Origin: Lama glama
Lineage: Eukaryota
Direction: 5' to 3'
NCBI GenBank assembly: GCA_028534125.1
Contig: CM052816.1
Span: 1,922,001 to 1,986,000, forward strand
Length of the DNA: 64,000 bases
Positions 51,085-64,000 of this stretch are shown one piece after another. Position numbers and translations under genes: made by a program. Under the pieces are notes generated by a model that worked only from the letters and a program-made list of their open reading frames with translations, searched no databases and had not been told where the DNA came from. Each line of letters begins with the position of its first letter. The first letter of the stretch is position 1.

Positions 51085-53222
51085 GTAACTATTGTGATGA
51101 AGACAAGGATAATGTAGAATTGAATACCTAGAGGTCATATCCTGGGTTTTTCCTGATAATAGTCCTACTCTGACTATAATTTTTCTTTATGTTTGTTTAA
51201 TTTATTTAACTGAAGAGTTAGATAGTTGTAGACTGTAATATGACAGATTTCACTTAGATGTGGTGCTTGAACTGATTTTGCCAACATATCGAGCTTCTGT
51301 CTCTCCTACTTCTTCAGCCTTTGCTCTCAGACAGATTATTCCCAAATACAAACAATAGGTATTCTGGAGATAAATAGCTCTACTTGTTTTAATCAGTAGG
51401 TTTCAGTATATGAAATGTAACTTAACAATGACATTGGTATAAAGAGTGTTCAAGTGTCTTCCACTTCTTTGCTGAGTGCATATGCCCTGAGGGTGCAGGA
51501 AGCTTTCAGATTGGCCAAACTGATAAAGCGAAGTCAAGCATTCCTTGCTGTTTCTGTTGTGGCCCTAGGGGCAGATTTCCCAGAAGAATTTCCCTAAGCT
51601 CTTGGCCTGAGCCTGATTCTACTGATTTCTTCATCTTATATAATGATTAACTTGGGCAACTTGCCTGAGAGTAGACTTTCACACCTTCAGTGAAGAGCTG
51701 CTTCATGGGGAAGGGTTGTTGTATTGAGTCACAGTAACAAATTTATGTGTTTTTTTATTTGAATTCAGCCTTGTGGAGCTACCCTAGTGGGCAAGAAGCC
51801 GTAGATGTTCAGTAAATATTACTTAGATACTAAATGTTTAGTTAATCACTGTAAGGACAAAGCTTCCATTTTCAGTTTCATGTTTACCTTCTCGGTTGCC
51901 ATAAGGCTCATATATCACTAGGTGTTGTGTTGAAAATAAAGCATAGGTTATGAGAGTCATGACTTGGAAAGAATCGGATAGGCAAGAAACGGAAACTCAG
52001 GTTTTCTGGTGGCCTGCTCCTTGAATGGAAAGGAGAAAAAGTGATCCTCCTTTAATCAGTTTGCTGCTCAGTGATCAGTTTGCTGCTAGTAATAATTTTG
52101 CAGCTAGCTGGGCAATTTCCCTTTCAGTATTTTCTTGTTGGGGAAAAACAGAGGTTAATCTTGACTAGATTTTAGAAAAAGCATTTGATTTACAGATGAA
52201 AAAGTTTAAATTTAGAATAACCTGCAAGTCAGTGTATTTTAACTTGAGGCTTAAAGAACTTTATCTACTAGATATAGATATTAATCAGAAACTTGAACAA
52301 CTTCCAAATAGATGTATTTTAATTTAAGGTCTTTATAGTTATTGAAACACTCTGGCATCACGTTGAGAGTTCCAGCAAGACCATTTGGCTGCTTAGGTTA
52401 GAGTTTGTAACCTGCCTGATGTGTTACCAGGGTCTGGTCCCTGGCTTAGTAACTCCAGAAACTTGGTTACGCCTATACTCTTAGGCTGAATCAGATTGTG
52501 AGAGTTAATTCTCCCTAATCAGTCTCTGTAAGAGATTGTTTTTTAAACTAGACAGCTAATTTATTGACCTGTAGTAGCTTAGTAAACTTTGGGTGTACCT
52601 TTTTTCCCAGTGTTAATGTACTTGGCAAACCAAGTCATTTGAGAAATGTTGCTTGACAAATACACAGTAGGAGCAAGGGGGATTGTTTTGTCTAGGGGAA
52701 AACACTGGCTAGCTATCTTTGCTCCATAATAGAGTAAACTTCTCCAGTAATTATTCTGTCTTCCATCAGGCTATTTCTCATCTATGAGACATTCCTAAAT
52801 AAACCCTGGAACATTCTTTTACATTTCCCTTCCCCCTAGCGCCTCAGGCAGTATTGTGTCATTCATGCTGGTCCTGATCCTCTTAATTAGGTATGAGTGA
52901 GTTTACCAAGCCTCCTCAAACTGCATTTGGCATAGTTTTACTCTGAATGTGACCTTTTTCCTGGACTGTTAGGGTAGTTGCCATTTGGTGAGTGTGTGTC
53001 AAGTGTTAATAATAATGCAAAATCAGTAAATTAAAAAAAATATACTATTTGCTGATTGTATGTATAGAGTTAACTTTGAAGGAATTTAGCTGAAACAGTC
53101 TTGCAATAAAAGAAAAGCTATTCAGTTTTTGTCTTTTAAGTACTTCAGGTTAAACTCTTTTGTGTTTAAAAGTGTTTATTGGAGTGATGCAAGATGTTTT
53201 CCTGTTGTATTTTCTTACCCAG

Positions 53223-53398
53223 GTAGTGGAGGTGTATGGCCTGCTTGCCTTGGGAATGTCACTGTGGAATCAGCTGGTAGTCCCTGTACTGTTCATGGTT
53301 TTCTGGCTCGTCTTATTTGCTCTTCAGATTTACTCCTATTTCAGTACTCGAGATCAGCCTGCGTCACGAGAGAGGCTTCTTTTCCTTTTCCTGACAAG
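53223..53398 (+). CDS. RNF145: RNF145 coding exon 5
   Basis: cccag/GTA GTG gives VVEVYGLLALGMSLWNQLVVPVLFMVFWLVLFALQIYSYFSTRDQPASRERLLFLFLT(S); donor AAG/gtaatt; 176 nt. Confidence 0.96.
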
Positions 53399-54077
53399 GT
53401 AATTAATAAGAGAATATGTTACTGTTTATAACCTTAGGAGGAAAAAACTGATCTAGAAATAGTTAAGTTTTGCAAATTAACTTTTATCAATCTTATTATA
53501 GTGCTTCATATTTAATTAAGATAGAGTTTTCATTCAGCGGATGCCTAGTTCTGGCAATGCAGAAAGGTGCTAATATAATAATGGTGGTTTATTTGGTTGC
53601 ACCATGGACCAAAGTGCAGCAAATGATTTGTGGAAAGGTACACAGCAAATTGTAAAAACTTTTTTCAATTTCAAGTTAAATTATTGGAAAAGAAAAATAT
53701 GTTATTAAAAATAATTCTTACTTTTATTAAGTAGCTAATATGTGCCAGCTATACTACTAAACACTTCTTCATACTTAATTTTATAGCAACCGTGTGAGAA
53801 GGGTGCCTTTATTATCATTGCCATTTTAGAGCTGAGGAAACTGTACCAAGAGTAACTTGCTCCAGGTGATGACACTGCTCAAAGCAGCAGCGCTGACACT
53901 CAGACCCCATCTGGGTCCAAACCCTGTGACTTACCTGTGTACTTTCATTATGTCATCTTATTTTTAACGTTTTGCTTCATTACTGAGATAGAGTCAAATA
54001 ATAGTGAAATGAGTATGTCATAGTAGTTTACTGTTTAACCTAAAGGAATGCTAAGATTTGGTTTTTAAGGTAAATTA

Positions 54078-54239
54078 TTATTATTTAAAAAATTTTTGAT
54101 TTAGTTTATTATTCTTTGGGGGGAAGGAGGTAATTAGTAGCTATTTATTGATTTATTTATATGGAGGTACTGGGGATTGAAACCAGGACCTCGTGCATGT
54201 TAAGCACATGTTCTACCACTGAGCTATACCCTCCCACTC
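54078..54239 (-). mobile_element. vic-1-like tRNA-derived SINE with TSD
   Basis: A and B boxes intact-looking; TSD AAGGTA(A/G)ATTA at 54067-54077 and 54240-54250. Confidence 0.85.
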
Positions 54240-56991
54240 AAGGTAGATTAGTTTTTAGAAGAATGTCTTAAGTCATTAGAGTCCTTTTCCACCTCATTGT
54301 CTTCGTTGTGAGCTTATGCTAGGACATTTACCATTTTTCTATTCCAAATTTTAATCTCAAGCCCTCAGTATCTAGCAAGTGGGTGTATATCTTCATTCTG
54401 TGGCTCATTGTCACTTTAAAAGGCAAGAAAGAATCTCTCCTCCTGAATAAAATAGGTGAATAAAAGTTTTGAGTTTTAGTTAATAGAGCCATTGTTTCTC
54501 AGCCATCCAAAATGATGGCGTATCATGCACTAAGTGGTGTAGGGAATGAGAAGTTTAAGACAAATTTACTCTCCTTAAGGAACATGTCATTTGTTAAGAT
54601 TGAAAATGTTACAGAGTTAAATATCAATAAAAATGTCATGGAGCAATACTTATTTTAACACATAAGTAGAATAAACTTATTGGTACTAAGTTAAATTTTG
54701 TACTTTCTGAGACTTTTAATTAAAAAGTAGCTTTAGTAAACATGCAACAAATTGATACCAAAGACTTAAAAAAATTTTTTTTATTGAAGTGTAGTTGATT
54801 TACAGTTTAGTTTCAGGTGTTACACCAAAGTGACTCAGTTATACATTTATATATATATATTTAATGGCCAATTCATTCTTAACTAAGTTTCACTGTTATT
54901 TGTTGTTGTGTAAATATTATGGAGAATTTAAAAATGATGCAAAAAGTAACTGAATTTAAAGAGAAAGAGAAATACACAGTTCTGTGGTTAGGATAACCAG
55001 TAACCTAAGGGTAGGACTGAGATTGATCATGTTTAAACTAGATTGTTACCCATTGTGAAGCCTAATCACATGGAAAAGAGCATTCTGTCAGTAAGCTGTG
55101 AATGAATTTGGATCTACTTACAAAGTAAGAAAATAACGCAGAGATTTTAGGTAAGGTTTAGGTATCTTGCCAAAGTAGTTTTCTTCTCTATTTCTTTTCC
55201 ATACACAGGGTAGATTGCTTTTCTCAAAATAAGGCTGTTTTAGTTTGGTGTTTAGTAGAGAGTCCCTGCCTGGGTCTTTCGTTCACTTACATCTCGGTAA
55301 GCGTTCTTTGTCCTGATGCTCTCGTGCGCCAGGCTGTAGTTGTCTGTTGCCTTGCCAGAGGACAACTCACTTACAAAAAAGGAGGATCACAGGTTTCCCG
55401 GGGTACCCTGGCTGAAACAAACTGACAAAGCCCGAGCAAACAAACTGAAAAACAAGAAGAAGGGTTTTTTTGCAGTCAGGAAATAGAAACTAAAATCAGT
55501 AAAATGTCTCATTGAAGACAGAGGGAAAAAAAGTTTTATAAATTTCCCACTCTTTCACTTCCCCAAAACTAGGTTAAAACCTTGTTTCTTTAGTATGCTC
55601 TCTTTAGAAAAACAGTACACACACTTTTCTAAAGAGAGGGAAAAAATACTCTCCTTTTGAAAATATAATTAAATCATACTGTTTGGTTGTAAAAGATTTC
55701 TCTAAATATAGTCATAAGAATAGAGAAATTGTATGACATTTAGTAAAATTTTCAGACTTACCCAGTGGGAATGAAGTAAAATCTTTAGTGTTTTTAGCCA
55801 TGACTCTCATATTTTTAAATTACTGGACAATTTATTGAAACATGTAATACAATGATTTCACTGAGAAAAATGTCAAGTATTTGAAAAATTAGATTTGTAA
55901 GAATGCCATAAAATTATTTATTCTTTAGTTGTCAGCTGCCATGATTGGTAGATATTTTGGCTCCTTAATAGAAAGCCAAACATTTTTTTCTCATCATAAT
56001 GCACTTTTGTCTATGTAAAATTGGGTATTTTCATATAAAAACTAACATAAGCAGTTGTGTAGGAAGGATAACTATGTAGCAGAAGCATGGAGCTATGTAG
56101 TGAAAGACAGATACTGATTTGCCTAAATGAATTCCTCATCCTTACAAATGAAATTCTAATTCTTCACTGAAATTTTTAAACATATGACATTGTGCTTTGA
56201 ACAGTTACTATGTGCATGCTGAATCCAAATTGTTAGTACATAATATTATACACATTTGAAAAATATTTTTCAAATTATTCTCTATTTTTAATGAAAGTAT
56301 TGAATGTATTTCTATAAAATATGAAAGTATTTCCAAGCTTTAGTGTAAGGTTTTCCAGTTCTCCTTATTAAAAATTGATATTAAAATTATTTTTAAATGT
56401 CTTGGGCTATATGCTTGGACATGCTTTTGAAATAACCCAGGAAAAAAAAATCCATTTACCTAAGTTAAGTTAAAATTAAAAATGGAAGACACTGTTGTGA
56501 GAGGCGTCAGGAGCTGTGAAGTCAGCTTTGGCTCTGCCACATAGCAGTTTGGTCAGATAGGGAGTTTGGGCAAGTAACCTCATTAACAGTACAGTCTAAT
56601 CAGTTTGAACAGCCAACATTTTTCAGAAGGAACTATACACATTTCTTTTGAATATTATCAGCCTGTAGATTATATGTTTCTTAAGGTTTGAACAAGATTT
56701 AGGCCCTTAGGGTTTTACTGCATTTGAAGGAGATGATAGATAAATAAAAATAGAGAAGACTTTGTTTTAGATTTGGTGTGATGTACTGAATATTTGCCAA
56801 AGATACAGAAAAAAGAGGTTAGGATAATAATAAGAATGAATTTGAATTATTAACAGTGGTTAGGTGATTTCATCTCACATTTTGGGTGTTTTCATTGAGG
56901 ATCAGATCAAGTTTGGTGGTTATTTAAAGACCTAAGGTGTTTTTATTCCAGAAAAAGTTTTTATCTGTAGTTTATTTCCCCTCTTTTCTAG

Positions 56992-57132
56992 TATTGCGGA
57001 GTGCTGCAGCACCCCTTACTCACTTTTGGGTTTGGTCTTCACGGTTTCTTTTGTTGCCTTGGGTGTTCTGACACTCTGCAAGTTCTACTTGCAGGGTTAT
57101 CGAGCATTCATGAATGATCCTGCCATGAATCG
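56992..57132 (+). CDS. RNF145: RNF145 coding exon 6
   Basis: ttctag/T ATT GCG gives (S)IAECCSTPYSLLGLVFTVSFVALGVLTLCKFYLQGYRAFMNDPAMN(R); donor TCG/gtaagt; 141 nt; not in the ORF track. Confidence 0.96.
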
Positions 57133-57859
57133 GTAAGTTCTGTATCCTGAATATCTCTAGAAATTTAAATCTTACATGACTTGCAGAAGTAATGATGAAT
57201 TTCTTTGTTGATGAATTTTAGACAGAATGAAATTTTGAGTTTTTTTTTTTGAACGGTTACAATATTTGGATTAAAATACTATGAAAAAGATAAATTCTCA
57301 TGTATGAAAGATGTACTTTTGTTGTGTGTATCTTACAAAAGTGCATATTAAACACTTCCTTTCCTAGATTTATTTAAGAGATTTTTGATAGCTTGCATTT
57401 TCCAGTTTGTGTTGCCCTGTTAAAATCAAATTTCTATATTTGATACTTTCTTGAAGTTTTTTTTTATGTTTGAACATAATTTTGATAGTGATTGAAGTTT
57501 CAAAGGATGCATTAATGAGGATGCAGAATAGTTTAAATCCAGTTGTTATTAAATCTTTAAGATCAGGTATTAGGAAACTATTTTTGGAACGCGTCTGGGT
57601 TTCTATTATCTTAATACAGAGGTTTAATGGTTTCACTTACATAAGTTTATATAACTTATTAAATTATTTAAATCTTTAAGGAATAGTTCAGAATTAGTGG
57701 ATACTGTGTAAATTGAGGGGATATTTTAATTTTGTATACGTTAGTTTTTTTTTATGACAGAAAAGAAAAAAAAGCTGTCCTCTCTAATTTTCTTGCCAGT
57801 TCCAGCTAGCACCTCTATAATGGAAAAAGGGGGTGGGGGCAAGAAAGAAAAATAATTCA

Positions 57860-59200
57860 TATTTAAGTTCACAAAATTCATGCCATTCAGAAAACACCAG
57901 ATGGAAAGTGACAACATGCTCCCCCGACTTCCCATCTCCTTTCCCCACAGGCAGTAGCCATAGACAGTTATTTTACAGTTTATTATAGATTCATCTCCAC
58001 ATTCTATACACACCATTCTGCACCTTAGTTTTTCACTTAATATAGTTTAGGTTGGTGTTTTGTTTTTTATGTGGACACATAAAAATGCATCTCATTCTTT
58101 TTGATGAAGACAGTATTACAAAAAAAGATGTACTCTTTTTTGGTGGGTTTTTGTTTTGTTTTGTTTGCTATTTAAAAATAATGCTGCTGTGAGTATCTTT
58201 GTTCCTATCTCTCTCTTTTTTAAACCCTTAATTAGGAAAATTTTAAACTAACAAAGTTGAGAGAGTAGTAAAATGGACCCCTGTGTACCTGGTACTGTCT
58301 CCAGTGACATGGCCGTCTTGTATCGTGTGCCCCTGTCCTCCACCCACCCTGCCCCGTCTTCCATAACCTAGCTGCATTTGTTTGGAGCAAATCCCAGATA
58401 TAATATCATTTTACCTATGTACCTTGTGGGAAAAAAAGAACTACAATAGAGCATTCATTTTTAATACAAAAATTCCTTAACATCAAATACCTAGTTGGTC
58501 TTCAAATTGCCCTAATTATCTAAATTTTTAAAAACTTTTTGTTTGCTCAACTCAGGATCCAAACAAGGCCTGTTACTGCAGTTGATTGGTATGCCCCTTA
58601 AGTCTCTTTCAGTATTTAAGTCCCTGCTGTCTGTTTTTCCTTTTAATTTTATTCTTTGAAGACATGAGATTGTCCTACTTAGTTTTCCAGTCTAGTTTTT
58701 ACTGATTGTATCACCATGATGTCACAGAACATGTTCCATTATTCTCTATTATGTCTTATATATTTGTATCTTAACTTCTGTGGTACATCCATAGGGTAAA
58801 GTGCCAGTAGGATTGTTGTTAAAGAATATGTACATTTTAAATTTATCAGCAAATTTTTTTCCAGAAATGCTATATCTGTTGATAGCTCCACGTTAGTCTG
58901 TCCATATTTTTTTACATTCCTTGTCAGTACTTGGGTCATCAGACTTTAAAATATTTGCTAATATGTGGATTTGAAACTGTACCTCTCCTTTGCTCGCTTC
59001 TGGTGTATTTGCAAGTTCTTCGTAAGTCAATAGGATAAGAAAGTTTTAGGACTTTGTATGTATTTTCCACATGGAAATTGAATTTCAAAAAATGTATTAT
59101 GTCTTTGGTTCTTACGTTCTTCTTAAGGAGACCTTTCCTAATCCAAGATTATAAGGACATTCACCTATGATTTTATCTTTTATAATCAGGATATAGCTCA
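57860..59200 (-). mobile_element. Degenerate L1M fragments (further + strand L1 remnants at ~61280-62150)
   Basis: Antisense L1 3'UTR and ORF2 motifs; boundaries approximate. Confidence 0.5.
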
Positions 59201-59542
59201 TGATGTAAGTATGGATAATTCAGTGGATATCTAAGAATAGTAGAGGTATCTGGTCCATTAGCAAACCTGGTTAGAACACTTTATTTATCTTAGAAGTTGC
59301 TTTTTTCTCCTCATTATATGCTAAAATAATAGGATAAGAATGTTTTGCACATGTGGTGATGTATTATGATTTTGTGTTGTTACGTTGATGTTATTTAATA
59401 AATTAATACTCTCATCAGGTTTTTTGTTCAAGTCAGAATAGATCACAAATATGGAACAATATTTGTCTCGGCCTTTGGATTACTTCCTCTTGGGATTAAA
59501 TGTGATTCTGATTGTTTTTTGGAAAATGTCTGCTTTTTTTAG

Positions 59543-59725
59543 GGGCATGACAGAAGGAGTTACGCTGTTAATCCTGGCAGTGCAGACGGGTCTGATAGAG
59601 CTGCAGGTTGTCCACCGGGCATTCCTGCTCAGTATTATCCTCTTCATTGTTGTAGCTTCTATCCTGCAGTCTATGCTGGAGATTGCAGACCCTATTGTTC
59701 TGGCGCTGGGAGCATCGAGAGACAA
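59543..59725 (+). CDS. RNF145: RNF145 coding exon 7 (last exon found in the window; gene continues 3')
   Basis: ttttag/G GGC ATG gives GMTEGVTLLILAVQTGLIELQVVHRAFLLSIILFIVVASILQSMLEIADPIVLALGASRD(K); donor CAA/gtaaga; 183 nt; cumulative CDS 1121 nt with no stops. Confidence 0.95.
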
Positions 59726-62700
59726 GTAAGAAACTTTCCAAAAGAAATTTTTGTCATATTCTTTACGTGAATTTCTTGTCTAAAGATTTAATTTTGTTTA
59801 GAGTCAGAAAATGGGTAAATAATTGGTATTAGCTTATTAACAAGTGCACATTTTTGTTTTTCCTATATATTTGACTTCTGCTTTTTCTTTTCTCTAAACA
59901 TTCCTATAGTTAAAAGTCACATTGAGAGCCAAATAAATACACATAAACTTTTTCTTCAGAGAAATGTAATACTTTTTATATTTTTCCAGCTTTAAAATTA
60001 AGAACATAGAGCATAGCATTTAGTTCAGGAAATATGACAAATATTTAATTTTATTCTGTGTAATGCTAAAGGAGAGAAAGCATTGATAGAAATGCAAATG
60101 AAGATAAAGAAATAAAGGCTGTCACGCAATCATAAAGATACACATTTATGGAATAATAGTCTCATCTGATGGCTTTTTGCAGCTAACTGAGGTTATAATG
60201 GGGATTCTTGACACCTTATGGGGACCAGCTGGATTCATGTTCATCTCATACTACAGAAATTTCCTTAGGGAATAAAAGTCAAATGATTACCTAGCTCTTT
60301 AAAATGCTATTTTGACTTATTGTAATTTATACAAGGACATTCTATAATGAATTGCTTGAAATACATTGCTGCTCTTTTTTTGACATCTGTCTATACATTC
60401 TGATTATCAGTTATTGAAATACTTGATTTAATTGCTTCTTTGATACTGTTTTATGAGTAAGGGAACAGGCAATCTTTGGGGGAGACTGAATTTTGACAGA
60501 AGATTTTTAAAACATTCCAAATTATCATTTTAATTATAGTTCATCAGATTTATCTTTCTATCCCTAATCCCATATTGCCAAGCATTCTGAAAATTTTCTG
60601 AAATGGTAGAATGGCTGAAAGAATCAACTTAATGTAAATAAGCTGAAAGCTCTTGGATATGTTTGAGATAATTTAAATCATCATAATCATAGTTATTTGA
60701 GATTTGATTTTGAGGTTTAGGGTTTCTCACTAGGAGCATTTAAGATGCTGAATTCAGTGAACTGAGTTAAATAGTCACTTAAATTGGGTTTTGACTGAAG
60801 TACAATTACTATTTTGTCATCTCTGGCAGTATTTTTTTAGTATTATTAATTATTCTAGTTAAAAGACTAATGTAATTCTGTAGAAAGTTTGTAAAAGAGA
60901 AATAAAAAAAACCCCATGATTCCACTGTCATAAGAGCCAGTAAATCCAGTTCTGAGTCCTTTCGGGATGCTGAACTCACCTCATTACTGGCTTCTTCCTC
61001 TAAGATAAAACGCAGAGGAAATTTAGAGGGAGAGGAGCAAGGCTGAGAAGCCCTGTGTGTGGGTGTGGAGTAGTTATTTTGGGTTGGTGTCAGTGTTATT
61101 ACTGCTGTCTGTAGCAGCATTCGCCTGAGTCAAGAGAGGCTCTTGGCTGTAAAAGCATAAAATGGGAGTGAACTGTTCCGGTCTGTCTTCTCTCCCACCA
61201 TTACCTATGGTAATAAGAGAATATGATCAGCAGTTAAACGGCAATACTTTTTTAAACAAATGAAATGGAATAGTTGTGAGAAAAATGTAACTTACTAGAA
61301 CTGACTCAAGAATTAAAAAGCATGGATAGTTCTGTAACTGTTACAGAAATGGAAGCACGTGGTAAACATCCTGACCCAAATAGCATTATAGGCAAGATCT
61401 GCCGAACTTTGAAGGCACAGATTATCCCTGTTTTTAACAGACACTTACAGGCTATAGAAAAAATACTCACCTCTCCTACCCCAGCTCATTCTGTGAAGCC
61501 AGTCCAAATCCATACTGAAATCAGATAATTTGAGTAAGATAAAGTTTATTTCACTTACAGTAGGAGATACGATGAATAATTGGGCTCAAGTATAGACAGC
61601 TGGATCAGTAGAACAGAGCGCCCCAAACAGGTCCGTGTATGTGTGGAACTTTGGTGCGTGACAGAGGTGCGTGTCACATGAGTGGGGACAGGTGGTGCTC
61701 TTCTGTAGCGTAGCTGGGAAAAGTGGTTTCTATTTGCTAAAGGATGGAATTCCTGTCTCACAACCATAAAGAAAAGAAATCAGCTCCAGAATGGTAGAGA
61801 CTTAATAAATATCAAAATAAAAAATTAAATCTCTACATAGGGTAGTGTATTTTACACCTTCAGATAGGAAAAAATTTCTTAAACTGATGGAGCTGGCTAT
61901 GAAAGACTGAGACTAAGAATGACTACGATTGTGAAAGAAAAGCACGGTAAATCTATTACAGTTAATATTTTCTAAACCTAAAGATAAATTAGAAATGATC
62001 GTTATAAACTGGGAGATGTTCATAATATTCACACTTGCCTAAGAATATAGAAACGGCTCAAATATGTATACATAAATATATACTCAAATTATACAGCAGA
62101 TTTTCAAATGACCAACTTTTCATGAAATGGGTTGGGGTGAATTAAAATTTTTTGTTTTCATTTTATAGTGCTTAAACTATTAATGGAATAAGATTCCAGT
62201 ATCATTTTCCTCTATTCTTTCTATATTTAATTTTAAATTAGATTTTTATTGGATTTTAAATGCTTAAATAAGGATATATATGTATTTATTTGTGTGTGTA
62301 TATAAAACACAGAAGTCAGACATGAATTTAAAACTGTTGGCATAATGTATTTACTCTTCTATGTCTGTGTATAAGTATGTTCGTATGTATATGTAAATAT
62401 GTACCTATATTATATAAATGGATCATGGCTAGCTTGATTTTGAAAAATATATTTAAAGTTTTAAGGCAAATTGTCCCAGTATAACTACTGTTATAGTGGT
62501 CCCTTTCTGCCTGCCGATCTTTAAAAAAATAAGCCTTTTATGTTTGGAATCTCAAAGTAGAGCTACGGTGGCAGGTTTATGTTTGACACAACTTCTGATA
62601 AGAGAAATGTTTGGCAAGAAAAGATGTAAAATGCGTTCAAAGTACCTAGCTTTAATTTTAGCCATGATAATAATTCACTTTCTTCTCAGAATTGCTAGTT

Positions 62701-63790
62701 GTAGAGTCCTGCACAGCATAGCGCTTGACTTTGTGTGTGGTTGTTTTCCCTCCCACCTGTATCATAGTTAAGGTAGGAGGGATGAGTCACGCTCCTTTTC
62801 TGTCTCCTCGAGGTCCTTTGCATGGATTTGAGGACATACTGCGGGTACTAATATTTAGTTAAGCCAGCTTAATTTTTGTTACAGCTGTGAGCTTTAAACT
62901 GTTTTGGTTGAAATTCACATTTCCTCATAATGATTTAAAATAATATGTGTTCATTTTTATAGGAAATCATTAAATAATAATTTTAAGTCTTGATATTCAA
63001 TTTACGTAGGTTGTTAACTGTGTTTTGTTTTTGAGAGAGGGGACAACTGTTTTGGGCTCATGCTGATTTCTTTTGATTTGTAATCCCTATGTTAAAAAGT
63101 CACCCCAGCTTTGACTCTGATTTGCCCAGGAAATGGAAGTATTGAGCATCTTTTTTTTTTTAATACATAATCTATTAGCTTATAAATTGGATATATAAAG
63201 TAAATAATAAACATGTAGAAGGTGGAAATCATGCCTTTTCTTCTATTGCACAAAAAGAATTTTTCAAAGTTCTGCTTAGGGCACTTGTTGACGGGGTTTT
63301 TTATATTTTTCTATTAGAAGAAGTTGGCATATGATCTGTATTAAATTTGGGGTATATTTAAAGAACAATCTATTAAAATATTGCAGTGTACAAAGAGGTA
63401 AAAGAAAAGATTATGTTCCTTCTTCTTTTGCTGTAACTCGGGTGGGGGAACTCCTGCTGCGCATTCCACTGTTGACAAGGAGGGTTCGAGTGGAATCAGA
63501 AGCTGAAATCTAAGTCTGAGAAATCTCGACACGTTGTGTGTCTTAAAAGCATTAAGTTATACATGTGACTATTCCCCTTTGTAAAAACGATGAATTAACT
63601 TTTGTCCTGCCTACATCATAGGGCTTTGCAGTTGGATGAATAGACGGGTAGGTAAGAAATGGTAGTAATAGATGGAAAGTAATTTGAAAAATAGCAGGCA
63701 GAAGTGAATTTTCAAGTATTATTTGGCACTTACAGACAAGCCTTTGTCCTTAGGAGCTAGAGTTTAAGTTTGGGTGATAAGAATTTTTTA

Positions 63791-63792
<2 letters not shown>

Positions 63793-63820
<28 letters not shown>
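63793..63820. repeat. (TG)14 microsatellite
   Basis: Read directly from the sequence. Confidence 0.95.
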
Positions 63821-63824
<4 letters not shown>

Positions 63825-64000
63825 CACACACATGCATAACTATTTTTATTTAGGTAATAAATATAAAACAGAAATATAAAGAACTTTAGATACATATGAT
63901 ATATATGAAAAATGTATTATATATAAATATCTGTGTATTGATACAGTGTTTCAGTTCATTATATGATTGTTTGGTACTGGTGTTACGAGTTCTGAGTGAT

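Noticed and set aside
52055..52087. 14-bp direct repeat ATCAGTTTGCTGCT x2 (similar small duplications near 8620-8700 and 43070-43110)
   Set aside because: Only two copies each; ordinary slippage duplications, not CRISPR-like arrays.
63813..63832. 20-bp palindrome TGTGTGTGTATACACACACA
   Set aside because: A trivial product of adjoining TG and CA microsatellites.
59726..64000. Next RNF145 exon (expected SLWKHFRAV...) and the RING domain
   Set aside because: Not found in the window; presumed to lie downstream, which is not evidence of truncation.

Overview
This window is mammalian genomic DNA. tRNA-derived vic-1-like SINEs and the L1 3' ends suggest a camelid, though this is an inference. It holds about 17.6 kb of repeat-rich upstream sequence, a CpG-island promoter (~17.9-19.6 kb) and the 5' part of RNF145, the sterol-responsive ER membrane RING E3 ligase of the TRC8/RNF139 family, on the + strand. 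Seven coding exons (23957-59725) splice in frame through canonical AG/GT sites to give residues 1-373 plus 2 nt. This covers the sterol-sensing domain with its YLYF motif. The RING-encoding exons lie beyond the window. Two of the exons (31862-31970 and 56992-57132) are missing from the ORF track. Nearly all other listed ORFs are chance ORFs or decayed L1/Tigger fragments. I found no rRNA, genuine tRNA, CRISPR or prokaryote-type system, and no clearly new gene. The most interesting signals are: (1) a TSD-bounded L1 3' transduction; (2) a uORF-rich set of three candidate first exons, one predicted out of frame with the main ORF; (3) a DR4 LXR element; (4) a candidate poison exon; (5) an antisense solo ERV1 LTR next to coding exon 4; (6) focal GC/CpG gain inside ancient repeats. 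Repeat family names come from recalled consensus sequences, and most old-repeat boundaries are approximate.
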